This document shows, piece by piece, positions 1 through 7,997 of a stretch of DNA of 64,000 bases. Below the pieces are notes generated by a model, which was given only the letters and a program-made list of their open reading frames with translations, was not told the origin of the DNA and ran no database searches. The DNA is from an uncultured Bacilli bacterium. GTDB lineage: Bacteria > Bacillota_I > Bacilli_A > RF39 > UBA660. The stretch lies in NCBI GenBank assembly GCA_934102255.1, contig CAKOSN010000003.1:31896-95895 (forward strand). Reading direction: 5' to 3'. A program made the position numbers and the translations under genes. Positions within the stretch are counted from its first letter, which is position 1. Each line of letters starts with the position of its first letter.

Positions 1-184
1 TATCTAGTTCGAACATGTCTATATAATTAATTATAATGTCATCTATAAAATAGAAGCCTTTATTTTTTAGTAAGTTATATATTTCTATAAAGTTATTTTC
101 ATCGATTGATTTTAAATAATCTAAGTTATAATTACTATATAAGATATCTAAGTATGTATCGTTTAAGTATTTATCAAATATCAT
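1..184 (-). CDS. hypothetical protein, N-terminal part only (runs off the window edge)
   Basis: The reverse strand reads ATG at 184..182 and stays open to position 1 (MIFDKYLNDTYLDILYSNYNLDYLKSIDENNFIEIYNLLKNKGFYFIDD...). Its ATG overlaps the TGA stop of the upstream helicase gene (ATGA), suggesting translational coupling. It is absent from the ORF track because it is truncated. Confidence 0.4.
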   Translation of the reverse strand, partial: MIFDKYLNDTYLDILYSNYNLDYLKSIDENNFIEIYNLLKNKGFYFIDDIIINYIDMFELD

Positions 185-3100
185 TTTTTAGTTACTCCTT
201 TTCCATAAGTATTTATTATATTTTCTAAAGATATACCATATTTTTCTTCAATGTCAGGACTACTCATACTAAAGATATCTACTAATTTTCCAGAGTTATC
301 TACTGGTGAAATCCCATTACTGATTAAGAATCTAATTTTACTTTGTAGTTCTAATAGAGATATATGATCTATGGTTTCTTTATTAAGTTTTTTATCAATA
401 ATAATTAATGCTTCACTATTTTTTAATTCTTCTATATAATTTTCAATCCCTACCTTATTAACCTTAGTATTCCAGACCATGCCAATATTTTCTAAGTCTT
501 TCTGCTCTTCTGGTGATAAATTACCTTTTAGATAATCTCTACGACAATTTCTTATCCATAGTCCAAGGCTTTCTCCTGACTTTGTTTTGTATCTTTGTGG
601 CACTAACAAATCGCCATATTCATTGCGATATTCAACAGCTAATTTGTACCATTTGCTCCAGTTTTCTTCTTTATTAATTGATGCATCCCAGACCATGCTA
701 ATAGATTCTAACTCCTTAATTTTATCTGGTAATAATTTGCCATTTTTATATTTTTGACGCATTTTGCTTATCCATTGTCCAAGATTTTTTCCTGACTTTG
801 TTTCGTAGTCCCTTGGCACTAACAAGTCGCCATATTCATTGTAGTATTCTTCAGCTAATTTGTACCATATTTCTTCTTTATTAATTAATGCATCCCAGAC
901 CATGCCTATAGCCTCTAACTTTTTAATTTTGTCTGGTGATAAATTACCATTTTTATAAACTTTACGTGCTTTGCTTATCCATTGTCCGAGATTTTCACCT
1001 GACTTTGTTTGGTAGTCACTTGACACTAGCAAGTCGCCATGTTCATTACGATACTCAACAGCTAACTTGTACCATTTGTTCCAAATCTCATCTTTATTAA
1101 TTGCCGCATCCCAGACCATGCCAATAGATTCTAACTTTTTAATTTGGTCCGGTGATAATTTTCCTTTTTTATAATCACTTCGGCGATTACTTATCCATTT
1201 TCCAAGGTTTTCTCCTGACTTTGTTTGGTATTTGGTTGGCACTAACAAATCGCCATATTCATTGTAATATTCTTCAGCTAGCCTATACCATTTATTAAAT
1301 AACTCTTCTGGAGATGCTAATTCGTTTATTTCAGCTTCTAGATTTACGAAATCACTAACTGAACTTTCAACCTGCAAAAAGCCTTGTAAAAACTTTTCTT
1401 CTTCATTTTCTGAGTTTTCTAATCTTATTTGTCTTGTTGGTGCATCTATTTTGATATTCCATAAATCTATTTCAGAACCTAATCTTAAAATTTCTTCTAT
1501 TACCTTTTTATTTTTGACGCTATCTAACTCTTTTGAATTATTAAAATATTTAATATAGCGATATAAAATAACATTTAATTTTAAAGCGTAATTTTTCTCT
1601 TCTAAAATATTACTGTTCTTGTTTGGAAGCTTAACACCGTTATCATTTATCCAATCTATAATTGTTTTTAAATCTTCTAAATCATTTATTGGAGATTGGT
1701 CTTTTTTTAAGTTAACGGTATTAATATTGTTAACTAAATCCATTACTACTGGTCGCTCTTCCTCAGTGAATACACGACCATCAGGATAAGAATGAATACA
1801 CCTACCTAACTGCTGATAAAATAAAATTCTAGAATTAACACTTAATGGACGTAGCCAAACAATGCCTTTTACTCCTTTTAAGTGAGCTCCTTCATTTAAT
1901 TTATCCATAACAAATAATAACTTGGGTTTACCGTTGGTATCTTTATTAAAATTATCTAGTTCTTCTTTATTTTTACTATTACTATAATAACTTAGAAGCG
2001 AATTAGTATCGACCATATCTGAAGTATAAGCCTCTATTCTTTCTTTTAAGGTTCTTCTATCTAGTTTCTTCCAACCTTGGTGTCTTGCTATAGTGCCTAC
2101 TACTGTACTATTAAATGTATTTAAAGCTGCTGGTTTATGTTTAATTTTAACCATGTCTAGTAACATAATATTATCTTGTTGGTTACTTAAGAAGTTTTTA
2201 TCTTCACTAGATAATTCTTGTTTTTCAACAATTTTATTATAAATAGACAATAGCTTTTCACCATTAGTCTTCATATATTCATTAGAATATAAGTATTGTC
2301 TAATTAAAATAGTATAATCTTCCATTATCTGAACAGCTTGAGTTCTGCTTATTTTACTGCCGTCTTCACTATTATAATAAGTGCCATCTTTATTACGACC
2401 AACTGGTAAGAAAACAACATATTTACCGTCTTTACTTAAATTGTCACCAAGAATCTTTTCAATACCACTACTTTGTTCAACGCTTCTGCACAATTGTTCG
2501 TACTTAGCAAAAGCTTTAGCTTTTTTCTCGCCATCGTCTAGCATATTAATTTGTTCATACATCTCATCTAAAGTGCCATCACTTTTATAAATGTAAAGAG
2601 GATTTATAAATTTAGGATTAGGTAAAAGTCCGGCTTTGATGGCTGATTCCAAGTTTTCATTAATTGCTAAATGTTTATTTAATTCTATTTCTTCATCAGA
2701 ATAACCAAAATATCTTGCCCAATAAACAGCCATATCTTTATCGTCACGGTCGCGTTCAGGGGTGGCGGTTAAACCAAGGACTTTAATATTCTCTTGCTCT
2801 TGATTTTCCATCAATTCATTAACAAACTTTAACCATTCTGGGGCCCCGCTTCGATGAAGTTCATCTAATATAATAAAGTCATATTTATTATTATATTTTT
2901 CTTTTAATTTGTTTTGCTTTTGGTCTTTTAAATCCTGATAAGTAGTTAAAGTTAAATTAGAAAATAAAGTATGATAATCCGTATAACCAAAGAATTCATA
3001 TATATAATCTTCAATCTGGTTTAAAATGATATCATTGGGAGCGATATAAAGCATTGCGTCATTTTTATGATTTAGCATCTCTTTAATGGCTAGGAAACTT

Positions 3101-4845
3101 TTACCAGAACCAGTGGGCATAACAGCCGTTGCAAAATTCTTTTTAGTAAAAATTTTTTCTGTTTTCTCGTAAGCTCTTCTTTGAAGCTTTCTTAAAGGTA
3201 AATTATATCCTTTTAAATCGTTATAGCCGATATAATCTTTTAATTGGTCTAAAATAATGTCGGTATCACTGGTAAATTCTTCTCTATTTGCTATTAATGA
3301 TGCAAACATCGAAGTAGCAATCGAACCGTCATCACTTAAAGTTTTTACCTTTTCATAATAATTCATAAAATTATGGCTTACTAATGCATTGACTATTTTT
3401 CTTCTTTGAATTTGATTAAAATTAGCCTTTACATTTAAGGTTTCTAAGTCGATTGCATCAATTAGACCGTTCGCATACCATTCTTCTTTATCTTGAGACT
3501 TTGAGTCATTATTACTTATATACGTTGTAAATAACGTATTGAAAGTTGCAGTCGGATTGCTAAACAAATTATACATATCAATGACATTAAGATTATTAAC
3601 ATAATCATAAACATCTTGGTAAGCTTTAGGAAGATATAAAGCAACTGTATCACTTACCTTCATGGCATGATTACCGCTTCTTGCCATTATAGACGGTTCT
3701 ATACCCAATGCATTATCTAAAATACTTTGTAAAGTTGCGTTGTATTTAGAGTTATTGCCCAAAATTTGGCTAAGTAATCTTACTGAATTAAAAGTTCTTA
3801 ATTTAGCTTTAACTAAATACATAGAATTCAAATATAATTCTTTGGCTTCTTGATAGCTTATCTTACCTCCGGTTAGGCTGTATAAATTATCTAAACTTAA
3901 ATCTAAATCTTCTGGTTTAAAATGATTATAATTAATCTCTTTAGTAGCTTGTCTTATTTCATCTAGATGAGTAATTAAATAATTTTTTATTTCTTTTACT
4001 TCATTTGTTTCTGGCACCTGTTGTAAAAGAGCCATTATTTCTACTAGAGAAGTTGGCATTTCAACTATTTTTTCTTTAGGTACATCCTTATAATACTCAA
4101 GCTCGCGCGAAGAGAAAGCTGAACCCATAGTTTGAATAACAAAACGATTAGTTTTACCTTTTACCACTTCAAAATTTAAAACATCCAAAAGCATTACTAG
4201 TTTATCTTTTGCTAGATTTTCGGCATCGCTATAACCTTCATAAGGCTTGCTTTTAATAAATTCTAAACCATTTTGGAACTCTTCACTAGTCTTATCAATA
4301 TATTCTTCAGGTAAAGTTCTCTTTAAATTTTCTAGTTGCTCCTTAGTAGAAATATTATTTAGAGACTCAATATAATACCTTTGCAAATCCGTTAAATCAG
4401 CCTGATGTTCCTCTATATAGGCATTTACTCTTTTTAATATCTCGTCATAAATATATTTACCAGCATTAAAAGTAGTCTTACCAAGTTCATCTTTAGGAAC
4501 TTTTACAATTACATACTTGTCTTCATAATCACTACGACCATACGTCAAACATACATTTGCATCACTACTTAAAGAAATACAATTAGTATCCTTATCATAA
4601 TGTGTTTTAACATGATTAATCATTTCTTCTAAAGTAAGACTTGATTCTTCATTATATCTATCCGTATGATTATAAAATTTACTATCAGTGATAATCTTAC
4701 TAATATGATTATTCTCATCTAAAATAGATTTATCTCTGATACCAGTCATATCCCTTTTATTTAAAGATCTAAAAAAGTAATAATAATTATCATCTTGATA
4801 GCAATTTTTTATATTAAATAATTCATTCATCTTTAACACCTTCAT
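181..4845 (-). CDS. giant multidomain SF2 (DEAD/DEAH, ResIII-like) helicase with an unassigned ~550-aa N-terminus and four C-terminal helicase-associated (HA) domain repeats
   Basis: Walker A is VMPTGSGKSF, motif II ILDELHRSG, motif III GLTATPER and motif VI QQLGRCIH. There are four repeats of ~70 aa of the form W.KWY.LA.EY..E.GDLLVP..Y.TKSG..LG.WI...R..YK.G.L.P..I..LE.IGMVWD, which is the HA-domain pattern. The likely true start is the second ATG at 4830 (MNELF...), preceded by AAGGTG with 6-nt spacing. Confidence 0.85.
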   Translation of the reverse strand: MKVLKMNELFNIKNCYQDDNYYYFFRSLNKRDMTGIRDKSILDENNHISKIITDSKFYNHTDRYNEESSLTLEEMINHVKTHYDKDTNCISLSSDANVCLTYGRSDYEDKYVIVKVPKDELGKTTFNAGKYIYDEILKRVNAYIEEHQADLTDLQRYYIESLNNISTKEQLENLKRTLPEEYIDKTSEEFQNGLEFIKSKPYEGYSDAENLAKDKLVMLLDVLNFEVVKGKTNRFVIQTMGSAFSSRELEYYKDVPKEKIVEMPTSLVEIMALLQQVPETNEVKEIKNYLITHLDEIRQATKEINYNHFKPEDLDLSLDNLYSLTGGKISYQEAKELYLNSMYLVKAKLRTFNSVRLLSQILGNNSKYNATLQSILDNALGIEPSIMARSGNHAMKVSDTVALYLPKAYQDVYDYVNNLNVIDMYNLFSNPTATFNTLFTTYISNNDSKSQDKEEWYANGLIDAIDLETLNVKANFNQIQRRKIVNALVSHNFMNYYEKVKTLSDDGSIATSMFASLIANREEFTSDTDIILDQLKDYIGYNDLKGYNLPLRKLQRRAYEKTEKIFTKKNFATAVMPTGSGKSFLAIKEMLNHKNDAMLYIAPNDIILNQIEDYIYEFFGYTDYHTLFSNLTLTTYQDLKDQKQNKLKEKYNNKYDFIILDELHRSGAPEWLKFVNELMENQEQENIKVLGLTATPERDRDDKDMAVYWARYFGYSDEEIELNKHLAINENLESAIKAGLLPNPKFINPLYIYKSDGTLDEMYEQINMLDDGEKKAKAFAKYEQLCRSVEQSSGIEKILGDNLSKDGKYVVFLPVGRNKDGTYYNSEDGSKISRTQAVQIMEDYTILIRQYLYSNEYMKTNGEKLLSIYNKIVEKQELSSEDKNFLSNQQDNIMLLDMVKIKHKPAALNTFNSTVVGTIARHQGWKKLDRRTLKERIEAYTSDMVDTNSLLSYYSNSKNKEELDNFNKDTNGKPKLLFVMDKLNEGAHLKGVKGIVWLRPLSVNSRILFYQQLGRCIHSYPDGRVFTEEERPVVMDLVNNINTVNLKKDQSPINDLEDLKTIIDWINDNGVKLPNKNSNILEEKNYALKLNVILYRYIKYFNNSKELDSVKNKKVIEEILRLGSEIDLWNIKIDAPTRQIRLENSENEEEKFLQGFLQVESSVSDFVNLEAEINELASPEELFNKWYRLAEEYYNEYGDLLVPTKYQTKSGENLGKWISNRRSDYKKGKLSPDQIKKLESIGMVWDAAINKDEIWNKWYKLAVEYRNEHGDLLVSSDYQTKSGENLGQWISKARKVYKNGNLSPDKIKKLEAIGMVWDALINKEEIWYKLAEEYYNEYGDLLVPRDYETKSGKNLGQWISKMRQKYKNGKLLPDKIKELESISMVWDASINKEENWSKWYKLAVEYRNEYGDLLVPQRYKTKSGESLGLWIRNCRRDYLKGNLSPEEQKDLENIGMVWNTKVNKVGIENYIEELKNSEALIIIDKKLNKETIDHISLLELQSKIRFLISNGISPVDNSGKLVDIFSMSSPDIEEKYGISLENIINTYGKGVTKK
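465..1314 (-). repeat. four tandem ~207-216 bp coding repeats (HA-domain modules) inside the helicase gene
   Basis: The string gcatcccagaccatgc recurs at about 683, 890 and 1106, with a diverged copy at about 470. The flanking DNA is clearly similar at each copy. Confidence 0.8.
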
Positions 4846-4972
4846 CTCAGTAGTATAAATAGCTTTACCAACTGCAATTCATCTTTCTTTATCTTATATA
4901 CTATATCTTATTTTACCATAAATATTAAATTTATATATAGTAATATAGCACTATTTGTTATATAATCAAATC

Positions 4973-5123
4973 AAGCAATAGCAATTTGGTTTTAAACCAC
5001 TTTGATGAGTCATCAAGGATATTTAATAAATAGATTATGTGATTATATTACTCCAAGTGATTACTCTAAACGTTATTTAGTTAAATCACTCTTCATAATA
5101 TAATATCACATCAAGTATTGCTT
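4973..5123 (+). ncRNA. predicted retron msr-msd non-coding RNA
   Basis: - Inverted repeats: a1 AAGCAATA (4973-4980) and a2 TATTGCTT (5116-5123).
- G residues lie just 3' of a1 (4981, 4988-4989) and are candidate branching G.
- Short msr-like hairpins: GGTT..AACC (4988-4998) and TTGATGA/TCATCAA (5002-5016).
- A long imperfect msd-like hairpin spans 5038-5110 (TGTGAT...ATCACA outer stem; AGTGATT/AATCACT and CTAAA/TTTAG inner stems).
- TATAAT at 4961-4966 sits just upstream.
- The element ends 5 nt before the RT ribosome-binding site AGGAGG (5129-5134). Confidence 0.6.
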
Positions 5124-5142
5124 ATTTTAGGAGGTAATATGT

Positions 5143-6099
5143 ATGTGGCAACATTTAACTAAAAGTAAAATTAACGAATTCATATTATCTCTTAATCTTA
5201 CCTTTTATGAAAAACTTTCTGATAAAGAGAAATTAAAACTTATATATACAATTAGTAATCATGCTGAAAAGCATTATAAAGTATTTAAAATACCTAAAAG
5301 AAATGGTGGCTACCGTACTATTTACGAACCCGATTATACTTTAAAAAGTATTCAAAGAAATATTCTAAATAATGTTTTAAATGAAAGAATTACTTCTTTG
5401 TACGCTAAAGCTTATAAAAAAGGTTTAAGTCTAGTCGATAATGCTACACCCCATTTAAATAAAAAAGTAATTCTAAAACTTGATATTAAAGATTTTTTTC
5501 CTAGTATTGATTTTTTAAAAGTCTATAAAAAAGCTTTTCCAAGAAACATCTATCCTGAGGCCGTTGCTAGTCTTTTAACTAATCTTACTACTTATAATAA
5601 TTTTTTACCCCAAGGTACTCCTACTTCCAGTTATATATCCAATTTAGTTTTAAGAAGTTTTGATATTAAAGTTGGTAACTTTTGCGAAGATAGAAATATT
5701 TCTTATACCCGATACTGTGATGATATGACTTTTTCTGGTGATTTTGATACTAATGAAGTAATAACTTTCGTTAAGAATGCTTTATATAAAGAAGGATTCA
5801 TCTTAAATAAACAAAAAATAAAAATTATAAAACCTAATAAAGCTCAGATAGTAACCGGTATAGTTTGTAATGAAAAATTAAGTATTCCCCGTCCTTATAA
5901 AAAGGCTATCCGCCAAAGTATTTATTATATCAATAAATATGGTCTTGATAATCACTTAAAACATATTAAAAGTTTAGATGATAAAACTACCTATCTTAAT
6001 AAATTATATGGTCAAGTATTATTTGTTTTACAAATAGAAAAAAACGATTCAGAATTTTTAAATTATAAAAATACCCTAATTAAATTAAAAGAAAACTAA
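5143..6099 (+). CDS. retron-type reverse transcriptase
   Basis: The protein is 318 aa, a typical retron RT size. Motifs: NGGYRTIYEP (RT1/2), LDIKDFFPSI (motif A), LPQGTPTSSYISNL (motif B), YTRYCDDMTFSG (catalytic YxDD), LNKQKIKII (motif D) and QIVTGIVCNEK (retron-typical VTG). There is no maturase or endonuclease extension. Confidence 0.85.
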   Translation: MWQHLTKSKINEFILSLNLTFYEKLSDKEKLKLIYTISNHAEKHYKVFKIPKRNGGYRTIYEPDYTLKSIQRNILNNVLNERITSLYAKAYKKGLSLVDNATPHLNKKVILKLDIKDFFPSIDFLKVYKKAFPRNIYPEAVASLLTNLTTYNNFLPQGTPTSSYISNLVLRSFDIKVGNFCEDRNISYTRYCDDMTFSGDFDTNEVITFVKNALYKEGFILNKQKIKIIKPNKAQIVTGIVCNEKLSIPRPYKKAIRQSIYYINKYGLDNHLKHIKSLDDKTTYLNKLYGQVLFVLQIEKNDSEFLNYKNTLIKLKEN

Positions 6100-6140
6100 C
6101 CCTATAGAATACTTTCATACTCTATTAAGGTTTAGTTTTT
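6098..6140. terminator. hairpin plus T-run between the convergent RT and transglutaminase-like genes
   Basis: AACC.TATAGA...TCTATTAAGGTT forms an imperfect stem and is followed by TTTAGTTTTTTT. Confidence 0.35.
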
Positions 6141-7076
6141 TTAACAAGCTTTACGATAAATATTTAAAACACGTTCTTCAAACTTAGCGCGGTAGCATCT
6201 TCTACTATCCACCATATAGCCAACATAGCCATTATAATTAGCCACTTTTTCTTTAATACGCTTACGGCTTAATAAGTCATTAGCAACATCTTTTACCTCT
6301 TCATCACTTAAATATATAAAATCCATTTCACTATAAATTCTTTTAATATCAATCGTATTATTAGATTTATTATACTCAATATATAAATACTCATTAATAC
6401 CATTGGAACTATTACCAGTTGCAATAAGTAAAAATGAAGTTCCATCATTTCTTATCATACTTACTGTGTTATTATTATAGCTACAAGGCATATTATTATC
6501 AATATATACTGGATTTAGACCTATCATGGCTATTTCTTTATTAACCGTATAATCATATTGACATGGAATCGTACAATTTGGATACATATCAATATTTTTT
6601 AAAGCCGTTTTAATTTGTTCACTATTTAAAACACTTAAAGGAAACATCGTCTCTTCTTTTTCTCTTTTTAAATTACGATGAACATTACCATAAAACTCCT
6701 GACTATTATCAGAAGCAAAATATTCAAAACTACATTTATTATACATTTTTTCACTAATATCCCAAGTCAAATCAAGACCATAATACCTACCGTTTATCTC
6801 CAAAACATTGAAGGCATGATGATGTTGTTTGTTTTGATAATAACAATTAACCCCTAAGCGGTCCATTATTTCTTTATAAACAAGAGCAAAGCCCGCACAA
6901 ACTCCTTCACCATTAACTAAAACCATTAAATTTCTTGATTTTACTCTATCAGCATATTCATTATAATATAAATTTACACATAATCTTTGATAAACAAAAA
7001 TTGCTTTTTCTAACTCTGACCAAACAGGATTTATTAAACGTTCAATCTCTTCCAAAAAATCTAAAATTTCTAGCAT
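6141..7076 (-). CDS. transglutaminase-like cysteine peptidase-fold protein (possibly the 3' part of a nonsense-interrupted gene)
   Basis: Core Cys-His-Asp pattern: GEGVCAGFALVYKEIMDRLGV ... HHAFNVLEINGRYYGLDLTWD. The frame stays open upstream to an ATG at 7316 apart from one TAG at 7265..7263 (see findings). Confidence 0.7.
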   Translation of the reverse strand: MLEILDFLEEIERLINPVWSELEKAIFVYQRLCVNLYYNEYADRVKSRNLMVLVNGEGVCAGFALVYKEIMDRLGVNCYYQNKQHHHAFNVLEINGRYYGLDLTWDISEKMYNKCSFEYFASDNSQEFYGNVHRNLKREKEETMFPLSVLNSEQIKTALKNIDMYPNCTIPCQYDYTVNKEIAMIGLNPVYIDNNMPCSYNNNTVSMIRNDGTSFLLIATGNSSNGINEYLYIEYNKSNNTIDIKRIYSEMDFIYLSDEEVKDVANDLLSRKRIKEKVANYNGYVGYMVDSRRCYRAKFEERVLNIYRKAC

Positions 7077-7317
7077 TTCCCATTTAGTATAATAAGTTCT
7101 TTCTTGATAATCTTCCTTAGCAAATTTCTTTTTTACTGGATTTAATCCGCCTAGAATACTAATCGTAATATTATCAGATAATAACTCTACTTTTTCCTTT
7201 GTTAAACCCTTCGTATTTTTAAATACTAGAGCTATCTTTTTTCTTCTTGCTAGTTCATTATACTAATTAATAGTTTTTAAATCTAACTCCCTAACATTCA
7301 AATTAATTTTTTGCATT

Positions 7318-7863
7318 TTAATCCCCCACTTGTATTTTTTCTCTTATTTCTATATTAATATTATTTAACTTATCTAAATAATCTTTATTTTTCCTATATT
7401 GTTCTTCTGATACTGCAAGCGTCCTTATTTCATAATTATCAACATTAATACTAGATACTAAAGCTTGATTAATTATTAAAGTTTCTGCCTTTATCTTCAC
7501 AAAAGGTATAACCATATTTTTAATAGTAATAGTCTTATAAACATAATCTTGATTTAATTTTAAATTAGTATTATCTAAGGTAATATTTTTAATATTAATA
7601 GGTTCATCAGTACCCACTATCTCACAATTAACTAAACGCAAATCTTGTAAATTATGACATCCCATAATATAACTGATATCATCACTACTCAAACATAAAT
7701 TACATAGTGTTAAATTTTCTAAATTAGGTAAGCTTAAAATTTCTTCTAATTTAACATGAGCAATCGCCCCTGCAATAGTAAATCGATTAATAACTAAACT
7801 CTTAATAGCAAAGTAATCATTATTACAAACTCTTAAAGCTTTATTTATACTATCTGTAATCAT
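7318..7863 (-). CDS. leucine-rich-repeat-like protein
   Basis: Repeated L..L.L..C/N.I pattern: LPNLENLTLCNLCLSSDDISYIMGCHNLQDLRLVNCEI..., NIKNITLDNTNLKL. There is no signal peptide. Confidence 0.55.
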   Translation of the reverse strand: MITDSINKALRVCNNDYFAIKSLVINRFTIAGAIAHVKLEEILSLPNLENLTLCNLCLSSDDISYIMGCHNLQDLRLVNCEIVGTDEPINIKNITLDNTNLKLNQDYVYKTITIKNMVIPFVKIKAETLIINQALVSSINVDNYEIRTLAVSEEQYRKNKDYLDKLNNINIEIREKIQVGD

Positions 7864-7917
7864 TTAAACACTCCCTCTTTTCTTCTTTTAACCCATAATG
7901 CAGGCTTTTGAATGACT

Positions 7918-7945
7918 ATTATAAAGATTTTTTTCTTAAAATCAA
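7918..7945 (-). promoter_or_regulatory. sigma-A-like promoter for the LRR / transglutaminase-like operon
   Basis: On the reverse strand, TTGATT (7945..7940) is followed by a 16-nt spacer and TATAAT (7923..7918), about 55 nt upstream of the LRR start. Confidence 0.4.
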
Positions 7946-7955
7946 TAAAAATTTA

Positions 7956-7993
7956 CAAAAAGCAAAAACTAACTAATTTTTACACTAGTTAGC
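7956..7993 (-). terminator. lon terminator
   Basis: A 7-bp stem CTAACTA/TAGTTAG (7969-7975 / 7986-7992) is followed on the reverse strand by TTTTTGCTTTTT. Confidence 0.5.
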
Positions 7994-7997
7994 TTAA

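Noticed and set aside
2381-2590. Short + strand ORF inside the helicase gene. Similar antisense or embedded ORFs occur at 8319..8504, 9898..10191, 10641..11063, 16308..16502, 18795..19136, 25921..26157, 41110..41370, 43838..44020, 52279..52500, 53073..53258, 54391..54597, 59040..59435, 59092..59292, 60179..60475, 60682..60867 and 62750..63004.
   Set aside because: Each lies entirely within, and antisense or out of frame to, a long ORF with clear family motifs. Their translations are low-complexity (L/S/F/I-rich, as expected from the mirror of AT-rich coding DNA), and none has a ribosome-binding site.
5143-6099. Group II intron, Abi or DGR reverse transcriptase as an alternative identity for the RT.
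   Set aside because: The protein is only 318 aa, with no maturase/X or endonuclease domains. There is no intron domain V/VI-like RNA and no template/variable repeat pair nearby. The upstream a1/a2 repeats plus the long hairpin fit a retron.
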